A DNA stretch of 12,369 nt from Candidatus Iainarchaeum sp. (lineage in GTDB: Archaea > Iainarchaeota > Iainarchaeia > Iainarchaeales > UBA10191): contig JAUSFL010000012.1 of assembly GCA_030649735.1 (NCBI GenBank), positions 1 through 12,369 of the forward strand. Direction: 5' to 3'. The position numbers were made by a program, and so were the translations under genes. The stretch's first letter is position 1, and each line of letters begins with the position of its first letter. The notes under the pieces are model-generated. The model did no database searches. It saw nothing but the letters and a program-made list of their open reading frames with translations, and was not told the origin of the DNA. Below, piece after piece: positions 6,625 through 12,369 of this stretch.

Positions 6625-7269
6625 ATGATTTTAGTGTTTTTGGGAAAGGCAGGAACTGGAAAAGGGACCCAAGCGCAGCTCTTGGCTAAAGAGACTGGAA
6701 TTTTGCAGGCTTCAATGGGAGACATTCTCCGCGAAGAAATTGCAAAAAAAAGCGCTTTAGGAAAGCAAATTGAAGCAGTAGTGAGTTCTGGAAAGCTAAT
6801 TCCTGATGAATTAAGCGCTCAAATGCTTGATGTCTGGCTTGACGAAAAAGACATGAGTAAAGGCGTTGTTTTTGACGGGTTTCCACGGACAATCGAGCAG
6901 GCAGACATGCTTGACGAACTTTTGGAAAAAAGAAATTTGAAAGTTGACTTGGTTTTGAACTTTGCAGTGCCAGAGAATGCATTGGTGAAAAGGCTTTCTG
7001 AAAGAAGGACATGCAAAATTTGCAAGCGCGTTTACAACATTTCAACAAACCCTTCAAAAAAAGCCGGAGTTTGTGACATTGACGCTGGAGAATTACTGCA
7101 GAGGAATGACGACACTGAAGAGGCAATAAAGGCAAGGTTCAAGATTTACAACCAGCAAATAAACCCAATAATTGAAAAGTACAAGGGAAAATTGATTGAA
7201 GTTGACTCACAGCCTCCAATTGCAGAAGTGGCAAGACAAGTGGAAAAAATCCTCGAAAAGAAAAAGTAA
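6625..7269 (+). CDS. adk: Adenylate kinase, bacterial type with zinc-binding LID
   Basis: P-loop GKAGTGKGTQ, SMGDILR, GKLIPDE, DGFPRT..QA, LID C-X2-C-X16-C-X2-D (7012-7083) and QRNDD. GGGTGA SD at 6613-6618. Confidence 0.95.
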   Translation: MILVFLGKAGTGKGTQAQLLAKETGILQASMGDILREEIAKKSALGKQIEAVVSSGKLIPDELSAQMLDVWLDEKDMSKGVVFDGFPRTIEQADMLDELLEKRNLKVDLVLNFAVPENALVKRLSERRTCKICKRVYNISTNPSKKAGVCDIDAGELLQRNDDTEEAIKARFKIYNQQINPIIEKYKGKLIEVDSQPPIAEVARQVEKILEKKK

Positions 7270-7277
7270 AATCTAGG

Positions 7278-7304
7278 TTTTAAAGGCCACCAGCGCCTTT
7301 AAAA
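7278..7304. repeat. Perfect 10-bp inverted repeat with 7-nt spacer between adk and purK, overlapping the purK TATA box
   Basis: TTTTAAAGGC-CACCAGC-GCCTTTAAAA. TTTAAAAT at 7298-7305 is -30..-23 from ATG 7328. Confidence 0.8.
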
Positions 7305-7327
7305 TAATTCTCGCCCACCTTAAATGC

Positions 7328-8488
7328 ATGAGAGTTGACTGCCTTAGCGGCAAGTTTCCAAGAATCGGGATTGTGGGCGGAGGGCAATTGGGAAAAATGC
7401 TCTGCCTTGAAGCAAAAAAAATCGGCCTGCACGTTACAGTGCTGGATCCTACAGAAAAATGCCCTGCTTCAAGCGTGAGCGACGAGCAAATAATCGCTGA
7501 TTTTAAGGACGAGACTGCAATCCGTGAGCTTGCTTCAAAAAGCGATTTCATAACTTTTGAGATTGAACTTGCAAACTCAAAAGTCTTGAAAGAGCTTGAG
7601 GAAAAAGGCTGTATTGTGAACCCAAAGCCGGAAACACTTTACATTATCCAAAGCAAGCTAAGGCAAAAAAACTTCCTTAAAGAAAACAATCTTCCAGTTC
7701 CAGAATTTGTTGAAGTCAAAACATTGCAGGATTTGAAGAATGGCTTGGAAAAGTTTGGAAATCATGCAATGCTGAAATTAAGCCAAGACTCTTATGATGG
7801 CAGGGGCAATTTTGAATTGAATGCAGAAACAAATCTTGAAGAACTGTTCAAAAAAATTGAAGGAAATGAAATGTTCCTTGAAGACTGGGTTGATTTTGAA
7901 AAAGAACTTTCAGTAATGGTTGCAAGGAATGATTCTGGAGAAATTGCAGCATATCCTGTTTCAGAAAACATTCACAAGGAAAGCATTCTTGATGTTTCAA
8001 TAATTCCAGCCCGTGTCAGCGAACAATCAAAAGAAAGCGCAAGGCAAATTTCTGAAAAAGTCATGAACTGCCTTAAAGGAAGCGGGGTTTTCGGGATTGA
8101 ATTGTTCCTGACAAGGCAGGGAAAAGTATTGATTAATGAAATAGCGCCGCGCGTGCACAATTCAGGCCATTATACAATTGAAGCCTGCAAGACAAGCCAG
8201 TTCGAACAGCACTTGCGCGCAATTTTAGACTTGCCTTTGGGAAGCACTGAACTATTGCAAAATGTCGTAATGGTGAATATCTTGGGGAATGAAAAAACAG
8301 GAAGCTTCAGGCTCGAAGGGTTGAAAGAAGTCTTGAAAATTGAAGGCGCAAACCTGCACATTTACGGAAAGCACGAGTCAAAGCCGAAAAGAAAAATGGG
8401 CCATGTTACAATACTCGACAATGACTTGGAAAACGCGCTAAAAAAGGCTTTTAAGGTTAAAGAAGTATTAGTAATGCGAGGGGAGTAA
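7328..8488 (+). CDS. purK: N5-carboxyaminoimidazole ribonucleotide synthase (ATP-grasp)
   Basis: Motifs [59 protein letters not shown] and RKMGHVT. Confidence 0.97.
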   Translation: MRVDCLSGKFPRIGIVGGGQLGKMLCLEAKKIGLHVTVLDPTEKCPASSVSDEQIIADFKDETAIRELASKSDFITFEIELANSKVLKELEEKGCIVNPKPETLYIIQSKLRQKNFLKENNLPVPEFVEVKTLQDLKNGLEKFGNHAMLKLSQDSYDGRGNFELNAETNLEELFKKIEGNEMFLEDWVDFEKELSVMVARNDSGEIAAYPVSENIHKESILDVSIIPARVSEQSKESARQISEKVMNCLKGSGVFGIELFLTRQGKVLINEIAPRVHNSGHYTIEACKTSQFEQHLRAILDLPLGSTELLQNVVMVNILGNEKTGSFRLEGLKEVLKIEGANLHIYGKHESKPKRKMGHVTILDNDLENALKKAFKVKEVLVMRGE

Positions 8489-8490
8489 GA

Positions 8491-9000
8491 ATGGGAAAAG
8501 TTGCAATAGTGATGGGAAGCGATTCAGACCTTCCAACAATGAGTGATGCTGCAAAAGTCCTGGAAGAGTTTGGGATTGAATACTTTATTTCTGTGGTTTC
8601 AGCGCACAGGACTCCAGAAAGAATGTTTGAATTTGCAAAAAACGCGCACAAAACTTTTGATGTTGTAATTGCAGGCGCCGGTGGCGCGGCGCACTTGCCC
8701 GGAATGATTGCCTCAATGACCCGCCTGCCAGTAATTGGAGTCCCAATAAAAACTTCAACTCTAAGCGGAATTGATTCTTTGTATTCTATAGTTCAAATGC
8801 CGGCAGGAATTCCCGTGGCTACAGTCGCAATCGGCAATGCAAAAAATGCCGGACTTTTGGCAGCGCAAATCATTGCATTAAAAGACGAGAGAATTGCCGA
8901 GAAAATCGAAGAATTCAGGAAAAAGCAAAGCGGAGAAGTCTTGGAGAAAGCGAAAAAACTGGAGGAATTGGGATGGGACAAGTACTTGGGAACCAAATAA
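8491..9000 (+). CDS. purE: N5-CAIR mutase (class I PurE)
   Basis: Motifs [26 protein letters not shown] and [14 protein letters not shown]. Adjacent to purK, with a GGGGAG SD. Confidence 0.98.
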   Translation: MGKVAIVMGSDSDLPTMSDAAKVLEEFGIEYFISVVSAHRTPERMFEFAKNAHKTFDVVIAGAGGAAHLPGMIASMTRLPVIGVPIKTSTLSGIDSLYSIVQMPAGIPVATVAIGNAKNAGLLAAQIIALKDERIAEKIEEFRKKQSGEVLEKAKKLEELGWDKYLGTK

Positions 9001-9962
9001 TTGGAAAAGTAAAAACAGTAACAATTCTAAAGCAGCCGACAGCAAGCGAATTTGGGCTTGCAACTTTTGACTTTCGAGACGAGTATTCCATTTTTGATTA
9101 CGGACGAATGCCTGACGACATTCCATTCAAGGGAGAAAGCCTTTGCAGAATGTCAGCCTACAATTTCCAAGAACTTGCAAAGCAAGGAATTCAAAACCAT
9201 TTCATAAAATCTCTTTCTCCAAAAGTTTTCGAAGTGAAAACTGTTAGAATTTTGTATCCTCAAAAAGGAGAGCTTAATGAAAACTCTACAAACTTTTTGA
9301 TTCCTTTAGAAATTGTTTTCAGGAATTCTTTGCCTGCAGGAAGCTCAATGCTAAAGCGCTTGCATAATGGAACGCTTTCGCTTGAAGAAGCCGGACTTTC
9401 AAAAATGCCCCAAGAGGGGGAAAGGCTGGAAAAGCCAATAGTGGATTATGCGACAAAACTTGAAGCGACAGACAGGCACTTGAAAAACAATGAAGCGCAA
9501 GAAATGGCTTTCCTTAAAGATTCTGAAATGCAGGCCTTGGAAGAAACCGCGCTGCAAGTAAACTCGTTCTTGAATGAACGGGCTGAAGCAATTGGATTAG
9601 AGCACGCTGACGGAAAGATCGAAATGGCATTCACTCCAAAACGCGAGCTAATGCTTGTCGACACTTTTGGAACTTTGGATGAAGACAGGTTCTTGCTGGG
9701 AAAAACGCACTTGAGCAAGCAAATTTTGCGCGATTATTACGTGAAAACCTGCTGGCAGGAAGCCATTGAAAAAAAAGAGGCAGGACTGCCTTACGAGCTT
9801 AGCGCTCCGCCAAAATTGCCTAGAGAACTTTTGGAACTGGTTTCAAACATGTACAAGAGTGTTTGCGAAGCATGGGTTGGAAAGCAAATCTGGAACGCGC
9901 CAAAAATCGAAGAAATCGTTGAAGAATTGAACGAGTTTTCTGAAAGCCTGAAAAGCAAGTGA
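8973..9962 (+). CDS. purC: SAICAR synthetase, long archaeal-type form
   Basis: Motifs [55 protein letters not shown] and [16 protein letters not shown] at 8961-8965. Overlaps purE by 28 nt. Confidence 0.95.
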   Translation: MGQVLGNQIIGKVKTVTILKQPTASEFGLATFDFRDEYSIFDYGRMPDDIPFKGESLCRMSAYNFQELAKQGIQNHFIKSLSPKVFEVKTVRILYPQKGELNENSTNFLIPLEIVFRNSLPAGSSMLKRLHNGTLSLEEAGLSKMPQEGERLEKPIVDYATKLEATDRHLKNNEAQEMAFLKDSEMQALEETALQVNSFLNERAEAIGLEHADGKIEMAFTPKRELMLVDTFGTLDEDRFLLGKTHLSKQILRDYYVKTCWQEAIEKKEAGLPYELSAPPKLPRELLELVSNMYKSVCEAWVGKQIWNAPKIEEIVEELNEFSESLKSK

Positions 9963-9966
9963 GCCA

Positions 9967-11751
9967 ATGGAAAAAATCATTGTGTTGGATTTTGGCGGCC
10001 AGTATGCCCACTTGATTGCAAACAAGATTAGGAGACTGAATGTTTTCTCAGAAATCCTTGAGCCAAATACAGAAACAGAAAAATTGAAAGATACAAAGGG
10101 AATAATTTTTTCAGGCGGCCCTGCTTCAGTTTACGAGAATGACGCGCCGGCATTCAATCAAGAAGTCTTCTCGCTGGGAATTCCAATTCTTGGAATTTGC
10201 TACGGGCATCAATTGACAGTTCACGCGCTTGGCGGAGTTGTTGAGAAAGGAAAAACCCAAGAATACGGCATTGCAAAACTGCGCGTGAAAAAGGCAAGCC
10301 AATTGCTTGAAGGATTTGAAGGAAATGGGCAAGTGTGGATGTCCCACGCAGACATTGTGAAAGAACTGCCTGAAGGATTTGAAACAATCGCTTCAACAAG
10401 CCATTGCGAAAACGCATTGATTGAAAACAAGGAAAAGAAAATCTTCGGGCTGCAATTCCACCCTGAAGTAGTGCACACAACCAATGGAATGAAAATCCTT
10501 GACAATTTCCTGAAAATCTGCGATTGCAGGAAAGACTGGACAATGAAGAATTACGTTGCTGAAAAAATTGCTGAAATCAAGCAAAGCGCTGCCGGCAAAA
10601 ATGTTTTCTTGCTCGCCAGCGGCGGAGTGGACAGCACGGTTTGCCTTGCATTATTGAACAATGCATTAGGCAATGACAGAGTCAGGGCGCTTCACATTGA
10701 CAATGGATTCATGAGAAAGAACGAAAGCGCATTAGTAATGAAGGCTTTGAAAAAGCAGGGCTTTGAAAACCTGCAAATTTTAGACGCTTCAGAATACTTC
10801 TTGGAAAAAACCAGCGGAGTTACAAGCCCTGAAGAGAAAAGGAAAATCATTGGAAACGCGTTCATTGAAGCGCAAAAGCAAGCCCTTGAAAAAATGGGTT
10901 TGGATTCTGGAGACTGGCTTTTAGGCCAGGGAACAATTTATCCAGACACTATAGAAACTGGCAGGACAAAAAACTCTGCAGTGATTAAAACACACCACAA
11001 CAGGGTTGAAATAATACAAAAAATGATTGAGGAAGGAAAAGTCATTGAGCCCTTAAACCTGCTTTACAAGGATGAAGTCAGGGAAATTGGGGAAGAATTA
11101 GGACTGCCAAAAGAACTTGTTTGGCGGCATCCTTTTCCAGGCCCTGGATTGGCGGTTAGGGCATTATGCACTGAAGGCATTGAAGAAAAAGTTTCAGAAA
11201 GCGTGAAAGCCAAGGTGCAAGCAATTGCTGGAAACTTTGGATTGGAAAGCACTGTTCTGCCGCTCAAGAGCGTTGGAGTGCAAGGAGATCATAGAACTTA
11301 CAAGCACCCTGCAGTATTGAATGGAATTGCAGAATGGGAAGAGCTGGAACAGGCTTCAACAAGAATTACGAACGAAGTTCAAGAAATCAACAGGGTTGTT
11401 TGGCTTGTTGCGGGAGAAATTGAGGAAAAGACCCAGCCAGCAACTTTGACAAAGGAAAGAATGGATGATTTGCGTGAGGCTGACGCAATTGTTGAAGAAA
11501 AGCTTTTAGAGTTTGAACTTTATGACAAGGTTTGGCAGTTTCCAGTGGTTCTAGTTCCGCTGGACGTTCAAGGAAAAGAGGCAATAATCCTGCGGCCTGT
11601 GCTTTCAACAGAAGCAATGACCGCAAGGTTTGCAGACTTGCCTTTAGAATTTGTTAAATCAACAGCACAAAAAATCATGCAAACAGGAAAGTTCGGCGCA
11701 GTGCTTTACGACATCACGCACAAGCCGCCCGGAACTATTGAATGGGAATAG
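9967..11751 (+). CDS. guaA: GMP synthase (glutamine-hydrolysing), fused GATase + ATPPase, long form
   Basis: Motifs LDFGGQY, SGGPASV, GICYG (catalytic Cys), QFHPE, PP-loop SGGVDS, IKTHHN, RHPFPGPGL and KPPGTIEWE. Confidence 0.97.
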   Translation: MEKIIVLDFGGQYAHLIANKIRRLNVFSEILEPNTETEKLKDTKGIIFSGGPASVYENDAPAFNQEVFSLGIPILGICYGHQLTVHALGGVVEKGKTQEYGIAKLRVKKASQLLEGFEGNGQVWMSHADIVKELPEGFETIASTSHCENALIENKEKKIFGLQFHPEVVHTTNGMKILDNFLKICDCRKDWTMKNYVAEKIAEIKQSAAGKNVFLLASGGVDSTVCLALLNNALGNDRVRALHIDNGFMRKNESALVMKALKKQGFENLQILDASEYFLEKTSGVTSPEEKRKIIGNAFIEAQKQALEKMGLDSGDWLLGQGTIYPDTIETGRTKNSAVIKTHHNRVEIIQKMIEEGKVIEPLNLLYKDEVREIGEELGLPKELVWRHPFPGPGLAVRALCTEGIEEKVSESVKAKVQAIAGNFGLESTVLPLKSVGVQGDHRTYKHPAVLNGIAEWEELEQASTRITNEVQEINRVVWLVAGEIEEKTQPATLTKERMDDLREADAIVEEKLLEFELYDKVWQFPVVLVPLDVQGKEAIILRPVLSTEAMTARFADLPLEFVKSTAQKIMQTGKFGAVLYDITHKPPGTIEWE

Positions 11752-11761
11752 AAAACAAAAC
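11752..11761 (-). terminator. Possible oligo-T terminator of the convergent LamG-dockerin gene
   Basis: The minus strand reads GTTTTGTTTT a few nt after the TGA, within the 14-nt convergent gap. Confidence 0.35.
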
Positions 11762-11765
11762 CTAA

Positions 11766-12368
11766 TCAGCAATCCTGCCCAAAATGCCCAGCAATCTTTT
11801 GCAGGTCTTGAATGTTCACGCCATCATTTCCCAAAACATCAGCAGCATCGCCTGCAGGATTTCCCAAACGCAAAGAAACAAAAACCAAGTCAAACAAATC
11901 CACTTTACTATCGCTTGTCAAGTCAAGGCAGGTTGGAGGCGGAGTATCTCCAGCCATCATTGCCTGAATTTCTTGCTGGGATAAAGCACTGTCATAAACC
12001 CTGACATCATCAACCAAACCATTCAATGGAGCGCCAGTACTTTGGCTATAATTCGCAATCCTCAAAAGAGCCTTTGGAGTAAATCCTGCAGATCCATTAA
12101 TCTGGCCAGACTGCAAAACACCATCCAAGTAATACTTAATATTGACAGTATTGCCCGAAACAGTGTAAGCAAAAGCAACATGATGCCAAGAGTCCAGCGA
12201 AATCAAGCTGCCAGTCAAATCACCATAAACAGCAACCCCAGAACCATTAGTATAACCAGCCCTCCATTGCGTTCCATTAGACCTCAAACCAAAATAATCC
12301 CCAACCTCATCGCCAAACAACATGTTATAACTGCCAGTCTTGTAAGACGCCAATTTAATCCAAGCAGC
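11766..12368 (-). CDS. C-terminal part of an extracellular protein: LamG-like (concanavalin A-like) domain, Pro/Thr linker and dockerin type I-like domain; 5' end outside the window
   Basis: The frame stays open past the ORF-track TTG at 12353 (AAWIKL), matching LamG 'xAWIK'. Also WHHVAFAY, YLDG and NGLVDDVRVYDSALSQQEI. Duplicated calcium-binding repeats DLTSDSKVDLFDL and DVLGNDGVNIQDL. Confidence 0.88.
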   Translation of the reverse strand, partial: AAWIKLASYKTGSYNMLFGDEVGDYFGLRSNGTQWRAGYTNGSGVAVYGDLTGSLISLDSWHHVAFAYTVSGNTVNIKYYLDGVLQSGQINGSAGFTPKALLRIANYSQSTGAPLNGLVDDVRVYDSALSQQEIQAMMAGDTPPPTCLDLTSDSKVDLFDLVFVSLRLGNPAGDAADVLGNDGVNIQDLQKIAGHFGQDC

Positions 12369-12369
12369 C

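Noticed and set aside
7270-7327. Purine riboswitch or structured leader upstream of purK
   Set aside because: The gap is only 58 nt, there is no aptamer consensus, and the TATA position predicts a leaderless mRNA.
5780-11626. Minus-strand short ORFs opposite trm5, adk, pur and guaA (e.g. 6686-7135, 7273-7551, 10154-10543)
   Set aside because: They are shadows of conserved genes with no recognisable domains.
11651-12004. Plus-strand 117-aa Gln-rich ORF and 11784-11984, as a possible guaA frameshift extension
   Set aside because: guaA ends at its canonical KPPGTIEWE, and these ORFs are antisense to the dockerin/LamG gene.
12351-12353. ORF-track start of the LamG-dockerin gene
   Set aside because: The frame is open to the window edge (AAWIKL) and this point is mid-domain, so the real start lies outside the window.
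1-12369. CRISPR array, tRNA/rRNA, IS or integrase, DGR template/variable repeats, frameshifts at poly-A runs, stop-codon recoding
   Set aside because: All intergenic gaps are under 60 nt, and no long direct DNA repeats were seen by eye (a self dot-plot would be decisive). The conserved genes are full length, and TAA, TAG and TGA all act as stops.

Overview
Gene-dense archaeal window with no RNA genes, mobile elements or CRISPR seen. Dph5, DUF357, DUF63, a Trm5-family methyltransferase, an FSGC lipobox, TATA-like boxes 23-31 nt before start codons and GGTGA Shine-Dalgarno sites point to Archaea. The compact layout plus bacterial-type adk, purK/purE, a fused guaA and a LamG-dockerin protein would fit a DPANN lineage such as Diapherotrites/Iainarchaeota (inference, not tested). 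The left half (minus strand) runs DUF1653, DUF63, dph5, PSP-like HAD phosphatase, DUF357, a 733-aa multidomain lipoprotein, a 177-aa protein and the start of a Cys-cluster ORF. The right half (plus strand) runs trm5-like, adk, purK, purE, purC and a long fused guaA, followed by a convergent, truncated LamG + dockerin gene. The most novel signal is that the lipoprotein holds three diverged copies of one ~120-150 aa domain, and the next gene is a signal-less stand-alone fourth copy, giving an apparent surface/cytoplasmic paralogue pair. Two perfect inverted repeats sit on promoter TATA boxes (5764-5783 and 7278-7304).
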